From Candidatus Dormiibacterota bacterium (GTDB lineage: Bacteria; Chloroflexota; Dormibacteria; Dormibacterales; Dormibacteraceae), in the NCBI GenBank assembly GCA_036794405.1, contig DAIRGV010000001.1, positions 44,550 to 108,549 of the forward strand: 64,000 nt of DNA, written 5' to 3'. The notes beneath the pieces are model-generated. The model worked only from the letters and a program-made list of their open reading frames with translations. It ran no database searches and was not told the origin of the DNA. This document shows positions 26,032 to 35,040 of this stretch, piece after piece. Positions within the stretch are counted from its first letter, which is position 1; each line of letters opens with the position of its first letter. The position numbers and the translations under genes are program-made.

Positions 26032-27612
26032 TCAGAGGTAGTTCTGGAGCTGCGCCCTCATGTCCTGCTCGAGCTTCACGAGCAGCGCGGAGTCGACGAA
26101 GAGCAGCGAGATCTGGCTCACCTGCGCCACCGCCGCCTCGACACCAGCCTGCGATCGCTCGGCGGAGCCGAGGAGGTCCTTGACCTTGCGCGAGCGGGCG
26201 CCGAGGGCCCGGTCAGCGAGGCCCTGGAGATCCTCCACCACTGCGTCCCAGTTGGGGGCGGCCTTGGCCGTTGCGGGAGGGGAGGCCTGGTCCTCCTCGG
26301 GGGACGGAGCCGGCTGACCCTCGGCCCGTGGCTCGTCCTTCATGACCGGCAGGTGGGTCGTCTCGTCGACGGCGGGAGCCGCGGTCGGCGCGAGGGCGGG
26401 CATCGTGGCCGTCTCGGTAGCGGACGGAGCCGGGGCCTGGGCTGGCGGTGGCGGAGCGGCGGCAGCCTGGGGCGCCGCTCCCCTGCCGCCCCGGCCGCGC
26501 GAGCCGACGACTTCGTCGACCTCCAGCGGCGGCCGCCCGGCCGAGTTGTCCGCCGCCTTTACCTCGATCATCGCGTTCCGGTCGGAGCACAGATCGAGTA
26601 CCACCTTGGGATCCTCGTCGATGCCGCGCGATTCGCTGGTGTAGGCCCCGGTCGCCTTGCCCTCGGTCAGGATGATGATGCCGGTCCCGCCCGCGCCGCG
26701 GACCATGACGCTGCCGGTGAGCTTCTTTTCGAGGAGGTAGTGGAGCAGCGCCGGCATGTCGACCCAGGCGGCATAAAGCTCGGTATAGACAGGCCGCGCC
26801 ACGACCAGGTCGTAGAGACCGTCGACGATCTCCACCGGGAGGCCGACGACGTCGAGCACGCCGTGGCCCCGGGTGACCTCCTCGCTGAAGGCATGCAGCG
26901 CTTCGCGCCCCCGCTGGGGCTTGTCACCAAGATCGAAAACACACTCCTGCGCAGCGCCATCGCGGAAGAGGATGAGGCCACTTGCATGCTCGGTGAGGAG
27001 CCGGACGTATCCGGTGTAACCCTCGGTCTCGAGGGTTGTGATCAGCCGTGGAAAGTCGACGAAAGACGTCTTGAGGGAGTCGTAGACGACCTCGCCTGCC
27101 GGCACTGGAATCGGCTCGCGGCCGTGCATGGGTTGGGGGCGGTGCTTGACGCCTCGCCTCACCGGGGCCTCCTCCTCGGCCTCCGCCTCGGCGGCCCTGG
27201 GTCGTGGCGCGGCCTCCTCGCGCGGCTCGGCCCTGGCTTCCGGCGTGCCCTCGGCCGCCGGCGTCGGAGGTGCCTCGGTGTGCCCGGCAGCGGAGGCCTC
27301 CGGCGGCCCCGCGCCGTTGTCGCCGGCGGCGTTGACCAGTTCCGGAATCGACGACTTCACAGTCTCATCCGCCGGCAGCTTGGCTTTGGCGTCAAAGGCG
27401 AAGTCTCCGTCGTGCCAGCGGAGCGCCCCGAGGACCGCGTCGTCCCCGTTCGCACCTTCGCCGATGGCGTGGAAGAGGTGACCGAAGAGGAAGTAAAGGG
27501 TGTACGCCCCGCCTTCGTTCTGGACAGTCAGAGTCCCGGTCGCCCTTTCGGCCTGCGCTCCCTCCAACAATGAGCGTAGCGCTGTTTCTTTCAGTGAGCC
27601 CTTTGCGTGCAT
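26032..27612 (-). CDS. DUF4388 (PatA-N-like) domain protein with Pro/Ala/Glu-rich linkers
   Basis: ATG 27612 preceded by GGGAG. GSLKETALRSLLEGAQAERATGTLTVQNEGGAYTLYFLFGHLFHA...AVLGALRWHDGDFAF fits DUF4388. A second similar module follows, then low-complexity regions. Only 2 nt separate it from the downstream exoprotein gene. Confidence 0.6.
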   Translation of the reverse strand: MHAKGSLKETALRSLLEGAQAERATGTLTVQNEGGAYTLYFLFGHLFHAIGEGANGDDAVLGALRWHDGDFAFDAKAKLPADETVKSSIPELVNAAGDNGAGPPEASAAGHTEAPPTPAAEGTPEARAEPREEAAPRPRAAEAEAEEEAPVRRGVKHRPQPMHGREPIPVPAGEVVYDSLKTSFVDFPRLITTLETEGYTGYVRLLTEHASGLILFRDGAAQECVFDLGDKPQRGREALHAFSEEVTRGHGVLDVVGLPVEIVDGLYDLVVARPVYTELYAAWVDMPALLHYLLEKKLTGSVMVRGAGGTGIIILTEGKATGAYTSESRGIDEDPKVVLDLCSDRNAMIEVKAADNSAGRPPLEVDEVVGSRGRGGRGAAPQAAAAPPPPAQAPAPSATETATMPALAPTAAPAVDETTHLPVMKDEPRAEGQPAPSPEEDQASPPATAKAAPNWDAVVEDLQGLADRALGARSRKVKDLLGSAERSQAGVEAAVAQVSQISLLFVDSALLVKLEQDMRAQLQNYL

Positions 27613-27684
27613 ATACTCCCACCCACATCGGGGCAAGCCACGATCCCGGACCGCAGCCGAATCACGGCTAGTATAAACACACAA

Positions 27685-28350
27685 ATGTCGAATTCGGGCG
27701 CACGGGCGACCCCGCCCGATCTGCCTGAGACCACTCGTCCCCAACCTCTGCGGCTGGTTTTCATCCGTCACGGCAGCTCCACCTGGAACGATGAAAGGCG
27801 GATCCAGGGACAGCTCGACCCACCTCTTTCGGAGAATGGGCGGGAGCAGGCAAAGCGGCTGGCCGAGAGGCTGCGGGGGAGCGCGGTCGAGGCCCTTTAC
27901 AGCAGCGACCTGCAGCGCGCGCGTGAGACGGCCGAGGCCGTCGGCGAGTGCGTCGGCCGAGCGCCGGAGCTGTGGCCAGAGCTCCGCGAGGTGGCCCTGG
28001 GCGAATGGGAAGGGCTCCAGCGCGAGGAGATCGTTGCGCGCTACCCGGAAGAGTGGAGTCGATGGGCGAGCCAGCCCTCCTGGGACATCGTCCCCGGCGG
28101 GGAGGGGACCGCGGCTTTCGAAGCCCGAGTCGGGGCGGCGATCGACCGGCTGGCCGAACGCCATCGGACGGGCCGGGTGCTGGTGGTGACCCACGGCGGT
28201 GTCATCCAGGTCGCGCTCCTGCGGGTTGTCGGCCGCTCTTCCAACGGCCTTTTCCCATTCACAATCGACAACACGTCACTGACCGTCCTTCAGGGCAGCC
28301 GCGAACGACTCGTCGTGGGTCGCGTGAACGACACATGCCACCTGGATTGA
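27685..28350 (+). CDS. histidine phosphatase family protein (phosphoglycerate mutase-like)
   Basis: LVFIRHGSSTWN (RHG motif), SSDLQRARETA and VVTHGGV. Trimmed to ATG 27685. Confidence 0.8.
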   Translation: MSNSGARATPPDLPETTRPQPLRLVFIRHGSSTWNDERRIQGQLDPPLSENGREQAKRLAERLRGSAVEALYSSDLQRARETAEAVGECVGRAPELWPELREVALGEWEGLQREEIVARYPEEWSRWASQPSWDIVPGGEGTAAFEARVGAAIDRLAERHRTGRVLVVTHGGVIQVALLRVVGRSSNGLFPFTIDNTSLTVLQGSRERLVVGRVNDTCHLD

Positions 28351-29312
28351 GCGAAGCGGAGAGCTGGGACGAGCGCCTCCGCGAACTCTCCCAACCCGCG
28401 CCTGCCCCCTTGCTCCAGAGCTGGGCGTGGGGCGAGGTTCAGGGTTCTGCCGGGTGGCGGGTGGAGCGGCTCCCGCTGCCGGGTGGCGGCGTCGCAAGCG
28501 TTCAACTCCGGGGCCGCCCGCCCTTCGAACGGGGATATGTACCCCGCGGCCCCGTGCCCGGCGACCGGGCTTCGCTCGAGGGTCTGATCGGTTGGGCCCG
28601 CGAACGCGGGCTCGCTCGGCTGCGAGTTGAACCGGAGGCCGGGCAGGAGCTTGCGGGCGTCCTCCGCGAGCTCGGTTTCAGGCCCGCCCCGCAGGTCCAG
28701 CCGCAGTACACGATGATCGTCAAGCTCGGCGCCGAGGAGGGGACGCTTGCCTCTTTCAACCGGGGAACGCGGTACAACATCCGGCTTGCCGACAAGCGCG
28801 GCGTTTCGGTCGTCGAGGGGATCGACGCCGAGGAGATGGCGCGCCAGTCGGGCGCCAGCGCCGCTCGGCAGGGAATTCGGCTGCCGCCGGCCTCCTACTA
28901 CCAATTGCTGCTCGCCCGCCTTCCCTGGGCCCGAACTTACGTCGCCCGGGTGGACGGCGAGGCGGTGGCGGCGATGCTGGTCCTCCACTTCGATGGCCGC
29001 GGCTACTACATGTTCTCCGGTTCCAACGGAGAGAGGCGGGAGCTGAAGCCCGTTTACGCCGCCCAGTGGGCCGCGATCCGGGCGGCGATCGGCGCCGGCT
29101 GTCGCGACTACGACCTCTGGGGGGTTCCGCCCGGTCCCGACCGGACTCATCCCTGGTACGGCCTTTGGGAGTTCAAATCGGGCTTCAACGGCGAGCTGGT
29201 CGAGTACGTCGGATGCTGGGACCTGGTCCTGAGCGAGTTGCGGCACGGCGTCGGGGAGGCGACCGAGCGCGCCCGCCGGCGCCTGGGCCGGCTTCTTCAT
29301 CGGGGTGATTGA
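28335..29312 (+). CDS. FemAB-family peptidoglycan interpeptide-bridge aminoacyltransferase
   Basis: LLQSWAWGEV, FNRGTRYNIRLADKRGV, and YMFSGSNGERRELKPVYAAQWAAIRAA...LWEFKSGFNG. Trimmed to ATG 28335. Confidence 0.75.
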   Translation: MPPGLSEAESWDERLRELSQPAPAPLLQSWAWGEVQGSAGWRVERLPLPGGGVASVQLRGRPPFERGYVPRGPVPGDRASLEGLIGWARERGLARLRVEPEAGQELAGVLRELGFRPAPQVQPQYTMIVKLGAEEGTLASFNRGTRYNIRLADKRGVSVVEGIDAEEMARQSGASAARQGIRLPPASYYQLLLARLPWARTYVARVDGEAVAAMLVLHFDGRGYYMFSGSNGERRELKPVYAAQWAAIRAAIGAGCRDYDLWGVPPGPDRTHPWYGLWEFKSGFNGELVEYVGCWDLVLSELRHGVGEATERARRRLGRLLHRGD

Positions 29313-29373
29313 TGCCGGCGGCGGAGGTGAGCTAGATTGCCCCGGGGACCGCAGTTGAGGCTCGAGGTACAGA

Positions 29374-30102
29374 TTGGAAGTTGAAGCCCTCCCGCAGGAG
29401 CTCGGGTCTCCGCGGGTGCTGATCGTCGATGGAGACCCCGCGTTTCGACGCGAGCTGCGCGCGAACTGCGAGCAGTTCGGCTACCAGGTGATCGAGGCGG
29501 ACAACGCTGCGGACGGCGTCCGCGAGTTCGAGGAGAGGGGGCCAAGCCTGGTCCTCCTGGAGGCGGTGCTGCCCGACGGCTCGGGGCTCGACGTCTGCCG
29601 GAGCATCCGGCGCTCCGACCCCAAGGTCCCGATCCTGATGGTCAGCAGCCGGGGTGAGGAGATCGACGTCGTGGTTGGCCTCGAGATCGGCGCCGACGAT
29701 TACGTCGTGAAGCCGGTCCGCATGCGGGAGCTGTTGGCGCGAGTCACCGCTCACCTGCGCAAGGCGCGCCTGGAGACGACGGAGACAATCGCGGGCCGAC
29801 TCGAGTTCAAGGACCTCGTCATCGATATCAACGAGCGGCGCATCTTCAAAGAGGGTGCTGAGATCGACCTCACCCATACCGAGTTCGACCTGCTCGCCTA
29901 CCTCGCCGGGCACGCCGGGAAGGTGATGAGCCGGGAGAAGATCCTGAACCACGTTTGGGGTTACGAATACCCGATCGAGACCCGACTCATCGACGTGCAC
30001 ATCCGCAACCTGCGGCGGAAGATCGAAACCAACTCTTCACGCCCGTACTACATCCTCGCGGTGCCGGGGATCGGCTACCGATTCACCAGCGCGAGGACCT
30101 AG
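29374..30102 (+). CDS. OmpR-family response regulator with Glu in place of the phospho-acceptor Asp
   Basis: Receiver domain VLIVDGDP...LVLLEAVLPDGSG...MVSS...KPV, then winged helix LTHTEFDLLAYLA...VPGIGYRF. No adjacent histidine kinase. Confidence 0.85.
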   Translation: MEVEALPQELGSPRVLIVDGDPAFRRELRANCEQFGYQVIEADNAADGVREFEERGPSLVLLEAVLPDGSGLDVCRSIRRSDPKVPILMVSSRGEEIDVVVGLEIGADDYVVKPVRMRELLARVTAHLRKARLETTETIAGRLEFKDLVIDINERRIFKEGAEIDLTHTEFDLLAYLAGHAGKVMSREKILNHVWGYEYPIETRLIDVHIRNLRRKIETNSSRPYYILAVPGIGYRFTSART

Positions 30103-30125
30103 TGTCCCGTCTCAGAGATTCGTGT
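30102..30125 (+). repeat. IS630 left terminal inverted repeat
   Basis: GTGTCCCGTCTCAGAGATTCGTGT. Confidence 0.9.
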
Positions 30126-30170
30126 CATAATTAAGGAGTTCCAGCTAACTATGATGCGAGGGCTCTTCCT

Positions 30171-31259
30171 ATGCGTACTGGCCGCCCCAAAGCAGCGCTC
30201 GTGGTGACCGATGATGAACGTGCAGTCCTGACGCGTTGGACGGCGCGGCGCAAGACGGGACAGGGTCTGGCTCTGCGAGCTCGAATCGTTTTGGGCTGCG
30301 CTCAGGGAAGCTCCAATACTGAGGTCGCCAAGGCTGTGAAGGTCGCCAACGCGACTGTCGGCAAGTGGCGGCGTCGCTTCGTCGAAAAGCGCTTGGCAGG
30401 GCTTCTGGACGAGCCCCGGGTGGGGGCTCCGCGCCAGATCGGGGATGACCAGATTGAAGAGGTGGTGGTGAAGACTTTGGAGTCGACTCCGCGCGGGGCC
30501 ACCCACTGGAGCACCCGCTCGATGGCGGCCGACAGCGGACTCAGCCGGCCCACGATCAATCGGATCTGGCGAGCCTTCGGACTGCAGCCGCATCGGACCG
30601 ACACGTTCAAGCTCTCCAACGACCCCCAGCTGGTCGAGAAGGTGCGTGACATCTTCGGCTTGTATCTCAATCCGCCCGATCGAGCGCTTGTGCTCTGCGT
30701 CGATGAGAAAGCTCAAATCCAAGCCTTGGACCGGACTCAGCCGATCCTGCCGATGCGGCCCGGACTCCCCGAGACTCGCACCCATGACTACAGTCGCCAC
30801 GGCACCACCACCTTGTTCGCTGCCCTCGATATTGCCACTGGCGGGGTCACCGGCGAGCTTCATAGGCGCCACCGCTCGACCGAGTTCAAGAGCTTCCTAG
30901 ACACCGTCGACGAGGCCGTCCCGGGCGACCTTGAGGTGCATCTCATCATGGACAACTACGGCACTCATAAGACGCCGCTGATCCACAAGTGGATGCTTCG
31001 CCATCCTCGCTTCCACTTTCACTTCACCCCCACCTACTCGTCCTGGATCAATCAGGTCGAGCGCTGGTTCGCCGACCTGACTATGAAGCAGTTGCGGCGT
31101 GGTACTCATCGCAGCACCCTCGCCTTGGAGGCAGCGATCAAACAGCACCTGCTCATCTACAACGAGAACCCCAAGCCCTTCGTCTGGGTCAAAAGCGCCG
31201 ACGAGATCCTAACCAGCATCATGCGATTTTGCACACGAATCTCTGAGACGGGACACTAG
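30171..31259 (+). CDS. IS630-family DDE transposase
   Basis: N-terminal HTH ([20 protein letters not shown]). DDE_3 core LCVDEK...IMDNYGTHK...[11 protein letters not shown]. The ORF reads through the right IR, and its TAG stop is built from the duplicated TA. Confidence 0.9.
   Translation: MRTGRPKAALVVTDDERAVLTRWTARRKTGQGLALRARIVLGCAQGSSNTEVAKAVKVANATVGKWRRRFVEKRLAGLLDEPRVGAPRQIGDDQIEEVVVKTLESTPRGATHWSTRSMAADSGLSRPTINRIWRAFGLQPHRTDTFKLSNDPQLVEKVRDIFGLYLNPPDRALVLCVDEKAQIQALDRTQPILPMRPGLPETRTHDYSRHGTTTLFAALDIATGGVTGELHRRHRSTEFKSFLDTVDEAVPGDLEVHLIMDNYGTHKTPLIHKWMLRHPRFHFHFTPTYSSWINQVERWFADLTMKQLRRGTHRSTLALEAAIKQHLLIYNENPKPFVWVKSADEILTSIMRFCTRISETGH
31233..31256 (-). repeat. IS630 right terminal inverted repeat
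   Basis: ACACGAATCTCTGAGACGGGACAC, the exact reverse complement of the left repeat. Confidence 0.9.
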
Positions 31260-31275
31260 CAGCGGCTGTCAGTAG

Positions 31276-32586
31276 TCAGGCGATGAGGTCGAGCTGCTGC
31301 CAGTCGGCCGTCAGCACTGCGGCGAGCTTGCGGAAGGCGAGCTGCCAGTCGTCCGGCGCGGCGTCCCAGCTGAAGCTGCCGTCGGTGACCCGCGCCGCCG
31401 CCTCGGCGTCGGCGCCGATCCCGATCACGCCGCGGGCGGAGCCCATCTCACCGATCAGGCTCTCCATGTCGAGCCGGCCGCCTGAGCGAGGGAGCTTGTT
31501 GACGACCACCGTGTAGGAGCGCTCGCTTCCCATCGCCCTCGCCGCTTCAGCCACGATCCCGGCCGTCAGCGGGTCGGCGTCGGAGACGATCACGAGCTGG
31601 TCGGCCGCGGCCAGGGCGGCACGCGTGGCCGGATGCTGAAGCCCGGCTCCGCAGTCGAGGATGAGCATGCCGGCCAGTTGCTGGAGGCGGCCGATGACGC
31701 GGTCATAGGCGGACCGGTCGAGGCGCTCCATGCGCTCAGGGTCGGTCGGGGCGGGAAGGACGAGCAGGCCATGCGGACCTCGGCCGAGGAAGCGCTCGAG
31801 CATCGTGACGGTGAGGGCCGGCTGGTCGATGACGTCGAGGAGGTCGTCGACGAAAATCGGGTGTTCGGCGGCGAGCGAGCGGCCGAGGGTCCCGTGATCG
31901 GGATTGTTGTCGATCGCAACCACCCGGTCGCTGCGGATCATCGCGAAGAGGGTTCCGAGGAGGGCGGCGGTCGTCGTCTTGCCGACGCCGCCCTTGGGCG
32001 AGACGACCGCGATGGTCACGCAGCGGGCCAGCCGGGGGGCGGCGATCAGGTCCGCCAACCGGCTGCTGTAGTCGCTCGAATGCCAGGCCTCCCGGGCGCG
32101 CTCGAGAGCCGTTCGCGAGCGCGGGATGCTGAGCCGGTGGGAGCCCGGTTCGGCGCGGTCCGAGGAGATCACCGCCTCGCCGACGGCGCGCAGCCGTTCC
32201 TGCAGCAACGCCATTCGCGGCAGCGCGACCTGCCCCGGGGCGGCCAGGGCCAAGGGCACGCCGGCGGTCGCCTCGTCGGGCGATGCCGGGGCCTCGGCGG
32301 CGGGAATGGATCGGTGCTCGCCCTCCGACGGGGTGGCGGAAAGGTCGTCGAGGGTGAGCACCATTCCTTCCGCCACGCCAGATTGCTCCAGGGTGAGATT
32401 CCCCGGCAGCAGGTGGCCGTCGCGACGCAGGATCCATTGACCCTCTTCCGGCGTGGCAGCGCTGCCGGCGCCGCAAACGTCGAGCAGCTGGGGCATCAGC
32501 CGCGCGATCGGGATGTCGCCGGGCAGGGCCACCTCTCGCCGCCCGGTCTCGCATTCGACGCTGACGAGGAGTCGCTGTGAGCTCAT
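31276..32586 (-). CDS. YukD/EccD-N-like ubiquitin-fold domain fused to a ParA/MinD-family P-loop ATPase
   Basis: ATG preceded by AAGGAGG. N-terminus LLVSVECETGRREVALPGDIPIARLMPQLLDVCG...GMVLTLDD. C-terminal IAVVSPKGGVGKTTTAALLG and ILDCGAG. Confidence 0.65.
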   Translation of the reverse strand: MSSQRLLVSVECETGRREVALPGDIPIARLMPQLLDVCGAGSAATPEEGQWILRRDGHLLPGNLTLEQSGVAEGMVLTLDDLSATPSEGEHRSIPAAEAPASPDEATAGVPLALAAPGQVALPRMALLQERLRAVGEAVISSDRAEPGSHRLSIPRSRTALERAREAWHSSDYSSRLADLIAAPRLARCVTIAVVSPKGGVGKTTTAALLGTLFAMIRSDRVVAIDNNPDHGTLGRSLAAEHPIFVDDLLDVIDQPALTVTMLERFLGRGPHGLLVLPAPTDPERMERLDRSAYDRVIGRLQQLAGMLILDCGAGLQHPATRAALAAADQLVIVSDADPLTAGIVAEAARAMGSERSYTVVVNKLPRSGGRLDMESLIGEMGSARGVIGIGADAEAAARVTDGSFSWDAAPDDWQLAFRKLAAVLTADWQQLDLIA

Positions 32587-32651
32587 GGTCGACCTCCTTG
32601 AGGCGGCTACCCTAACCCAGACCCACGGGTTCGTGCCACCGCCGGCCGGGT

Positions 32652-33821
32652 TCAGGACGAAGTCGACTCGCCTGTGGAGCGTTTTACGGGGGAGTGCTCG
32701 ACCAGTTGGTCGTAGAGCCCGGCGAGCGCTTCCAGATTGCGCTCCAGCGAATACCGTTCGACCACCCGTTGCCGTGCGAGCCGTCCCAGTTCGACCGATA
32801 GGAAGGGGAGCTCGATCAGCTCGCGAAAAGCCATCCCGAGCTCTATCGCCAGGTGGCGCGGGTCGACCACGACGCCCGCGCCGCGGAGCGCCTCGCCGTC
32901 CGTTCCGACATCGGTGGCGACGGTCGCGACACCGCAGGCCATCGCCTCCAGCATGGAGAGGGAGAGTCCCTCGACGGTCGAGGGCAGGAAGAAGCCATCG
33001 GCGGCGCGGAGGATCGACACTCGCTCCTCCTGCTCAGCGATGTGGCCCGTGAAGATGACTCGCGGGTCGCGGTAAAACCGCTCCAGACGTCGCTTCTCGG
33101 TTCCGGTGCCCATGATCAGCAGCTTGCAGCGGCTGGGCGGCGCGCAGTCGAGGAATGCCTCGAGCAGCACGTCGACGTTCTTTTCCGAGTCGACCCTCCC
33201 CATGTAGACGAAGAGCCGGTCGGCACCGAAGCGTTGTCGTCGGTCGGAGGGGCCGGGGCAGTAGCGCTCCACATCGACTCCGTTGGGCAGGATCCGGATG
33301 ATCGGCTCCGGCACGCCGAGGTTGACCAGGATGTCGCGCTGCGCAGGGCCGAAGACGATCACGCGGTCGCATTTCGCCAGCGTTGGAGCGTAGAGCCGGT
33401 AGGTCCCGCTGGTGATTCCGCCCCAGAGGCTGAGCCGGTTGTCGAAGGCGACGTGGAAGGTGGCGACCAGGGGAATGCCAACTTCGCGGCTCAGCTTGGG
33501 CAGATCGAAGTCCATGCTCGAAAACCAGAAGGAGGCATGGATGACGTCGAACTCTCGCTGGCGCAGACGGTCGACCAGCTTCCGCTTGGCCCGGCCGGGC
33601 GAGAGCACCAGCGGCTTGACGAGGGGGACGTTGACCGATGCCAGCGAGACCGACTCGCTGCTCTCCTCTGGCCCTTCGCCGCTGGGGTCGGCGTTGTGGA
33701 AGAAGGTCACCTGGTGGCCCATCCGGCGGAGCCCACCGACGATCTCGTGCGAGTAGGTCGCCATTCCACCGCCGAGGCTGGCCGACTGGTGGCCCAGCCA
33801 CGCGATCCGGAGCCGCCTCAT
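32652..33821 (-). CDS. GT4-family glycosyltransferase
   Basis: RIAWLGHQSASLGGGMATYSHEI, and EGLSLSMLEAMACGVATVATDVG (E-x7-E). Confidence 0.75.
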   Translation of the reverse strand: MRRLRIAWLGHQSASLGGGMATYSHEIVGGLRRMGHQVTFFHNADPSGEGPEESSESVSLASVNVPLVKPLVLSPGRAKRKLVDRLRQREFDVIHASFWFSSMDFDLPKLSREVGIPLVATFHVAFDNRLSLWGGITSGTYRLYAPTLAKCDRVIVFGPAQRDILVNLGVPEPIIRILPNGVDVERYCPGPSDRRQRFGADRLFVYMGRVDSEKNVDVLLEAFLDCAPPSRCKLLIMGTGTEKRRLERFYRDPRVIFTGHIAEQEERVSILRAADGFFLPSTVEGLSLSMLEAMACGVATVATDVGTDGEALRGAGVVVDPRHLAIELGMAFRELIELPFLSVELGRLARQRVVERYSLERNLEALAGLYDQLVEHSPVKRSTGESTSS

Positions 33822-34231
33822 GAGGCCAGTATGTCGGGACGAAGCTCGTGGAGCGGAGCGAGCACGAAGTCTCGCTCGGCGAGGCCTTGGTGTGGGATTG
33901 TCAGGCCCTCCTCCCTGACGTCCAGGTCACCGAAAATGAGGATGTCGACGTCGATCTCGCGGGGCCCCCAGCGAAACGTCTCCGTCCGGCCCACCGCAGC
34001 CTCGACCGCCTTGGCGGTGGTCAACAGCTCCCGCGGCGTGCCCTGCCAGTCCACCTCCAGCACCTGGTTCAGGAAGCGGGGCTGGGAGAGAACGCCGTAG
34101 GGCTCCGTTTCGTGGACCGAGCTCTGGCGGAGGACACGAGCGCCGCGCGCCTCGAGCTCGATCCGCGCCCGGTCCAGGTTCTGGCTGCGGTCGCCGAGGT
34201 TGGAGCCGAGGCCCAGGTAGCAGACCGTCAC
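33818..34231 (-). CDS. folK: 2-amino-4-hydroxy-6-hydroxymethyldihydropteridine diphosphokinase
   Basis: YLGLGSNLGDR, ETEPYG, GPREIDVDILIFGD, IPHQGLAERDFVL. Confidence 0.9.
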   Translation of the reverse strand: MTVCYLGLGSNLGDRSQNLDRARIELEARGARVLRQSSVHETEPYGVLSQPRFLNQVLEVDWQGTPRELLTTAKAVEAAVGRTETFRWGPREIDVDILIFGDLDVREEGLTIPHQGLAERDFVLAPLHELRPDILAS

Positions 34232-35031
34232 CGCAGGGCCTCCGCGACCCGCACCACCCGGGCCATCTGGCGGACGTCATGAACCCGCACCAGGTCCGCG
34301 CCCCGCAGCACCGCGGCGGCCACCGACGCGGCCGTTCCCTCGACCCGGTCTTCCTCGGGCAGATCGAGGATCCGGCCGATGAAAGATTTCCGCGAGGTGC
34401 CGACCAGGAGCGGCCGGTCGAGGGCCTTCAGCTCCTCCAGGCGGCGGAGCACGACCAGGTTCTGCTCCCACGTCTTGCCGAAACCGATGCCCGGGTCGAC
34501 GATGACACGGCTGGCCGGGACGCCGGCTTCCTCAGCGATCGCCAGGGATCGTCGGAGAGAGGTCATCACCTCGCCCACCAGGTCGGAGTAATGGGTGCCC
34601 TCCTGGTTGTGCATCACGACCAGACCAGCCCCCTCCCGGGCGGCGAGCGCTGCCAGGCCGGGGGACCGTTGAAGGCCCCAGACGTCGTTGATCAGCGCCG
34701 CCCCGACAGCGACTGCGGCCTCCGCCACCGCCAGCTTCGAGGTGTCGATGGAGACCGGGACGCCAGCCTCACGGGCGAGTCGCTGGACCACGGGAAGCAC
34801 CCGCTCCAGCTCCAGCTCGGCACTCAGCGGCCGGTGGCCGGGCCGGGTTGACTCGCCTCCGACATCGAGGATGTCGGCTCCCTCGGCGACCATCCGGAGC
34901 CCCTGCTCGACAGCCTTGCCGGGATCGAGGACGCCATCTCCGCTGAAGGAGTCGGGTGTCACGTTGACGATCCCCATCAGGTAGACGCGACTGCCCCAGT
35001 CGAAGCTCCGACCGCCGAGGATGGTTCCCAC
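34228..35031 (-). CDS. folP: dihydropteroate synthase
   Basis: MGIVNVTPDSFSGDG, ILDVGGESTRPG, SIDTSK, INDVWG. Start is GTG 35031 (alternative ATG 34977). The rest of ORF 34228..35682 is spurious. Confidence 0.85.
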   Translation of the reverse strand: MGTILGGRSFDWGSRVYLMGIVNVTPDSFSGDGVLDPGKAVEQGLRMVAEGADILDVGGESTRPGHRPLSAELELERVLPVVQRLAREAGVPVSIDTSKLAVAEAAVAVGAALINDVWGLQRSPGLAALAAREGAGLVVMHNQEGTHYSDLVGEVMTSLRRSLAIAEEAGVPASRVIVDPGIGFGKTWEQNLVVLRRLEELKALDRPLLVGTSRKSFIGRILDLPEEDRVEGTAASVAAAVLRGADLVRVHDVRQMARVVRVAEALR

Positions 35032-35040
35032 GCGCCGATT

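Larger units (their letters stand above)
30102..31256 (+). mobile_element. IS630-family insertion sequence (1155 bp) flanked by TA / TA
   Basis: Perfect 24-bp terminal inverted repeats and a TA on both sides (30100-30101 and 31257-31258). A single DDE transposase ORF. Base composition is visibly less GC-rich than the flanks. Confidence 0.9.

Noticed and set aside
26270-26520. Repetitive-looking GC-rich stretch suggestive of a tandem repeat
   Set aside because: It encodes a Pro/Ala/Gly-rich low-complexity linker of the DUF4388 protein, and I could define no regular repeat unit.
30099-30872. 257-aa minus-strand ORF inside the IS element, ending in the same ...RISETGH peptide as the transposase
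   Set aside because: The shared C-terminal peptide is just the inverted repeat read from the other strand. The DDE motifs are on the + strand ORF.
31241-31250. CTGAGA, which occurs in the TPP riboswitch core
   Set aside because: It is part of the IS630 terminal inverted repeat, and no other riboswitch elements surround it.
32673-32688. TGTGGAGCGTTTTACG, a possible eighth copy of the palindromic motif (12/16 match)
   Set aside because: Only the right half matches well, which is too degenerate to count. Kept as a note only.
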